A stretch of DNA of 63,914 nt, filler included, from Octopus bimaculoides (lineage: Eukaryota): NCBI RefSeq assembly GCF_001194135.2. It is 8 parts of 8 records of this genome, joined end to end, with 100 filler letters (N's around TTAATTAATTAA, not from the genome) between each part and the next. Parts side by side here need not be neighbours in the genome. Positions count along the whole stretch, not along the records: positions 62,914 to 63,914 come from NW_026380024.1; 7 more parts are not named here. One strand, 5' to 3'. The position numbers were made by a program, and so were the translations under genes. The notes under the pieces are model-generated. The model had not been told where the DNA came from, searched no databases, and saw only the letters and a program-made list of their open reading frames with translations. Shown one piece after another: positions 63,753-63,914 of the stretch; the stretch's first letter is position 1, and each line of letters opens with the position of its first letter.

Positions 63753-63914
63753 TAAACAAAAACTAAACAACGCACAAGCCACCACCAATTTCAACCACTT
63801 AATCAACAACAACCCTCCTCATTACCCTTCATACACCATAAATAGAAATCACGTACAACCACCATTTTTGAACCACCCAAAACTAAACAGGGAACAAGCT
63901 GACAGACAACGCAT

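Overview
This is eukaryotic, AT-rich, microsatellite-dense draft-assembly sequence with many N gaps, and it consists almost entirely of decayed transposable elements. The SINE families and microsatellite load look like a coleoid cephalopod (Octopus-like) genome; this is inference from recognised repeat families, not a database result. I found no host protein-coding gene, rRNA, intact tRNA or CRISPR array that I can support. Supported content includes: many R4/Dong-type restriction-like-endonuclease (REL) LINE pieces sitting in (TAA)n arrays; CR1/L2, RTE and Tx1/L1 LINE fragments; at least four tRNA-derived SINE families (labelled A, B, D, E here); an RTE-type 3'-end family (labelled C) clustered at 55-60 kb; mariner, maT (DD37D) and Tc1 (DD34E) relics and MITEs; probable Penelope-like repeats; and a 1.9-kb mosaic tetranucleotide satellite. 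The best discovery candidate is an apparently intact type I hammerhead ribozyme at 45288-45386 (+). It has a full catalytic core, a bulged stem I, a branched extended stem II and a palindromic stem III, and weaker hammerhead-like relics occur at 29795, 23315 and 26505. Several local templated rearrangements are also visible, including an 89-bp perfect inverted duplication, a 42-bp fold-back and hairpin/direct-repeat insertions. All alignments and folds were done by eye, so boundaries are approximate unless stated exactly.
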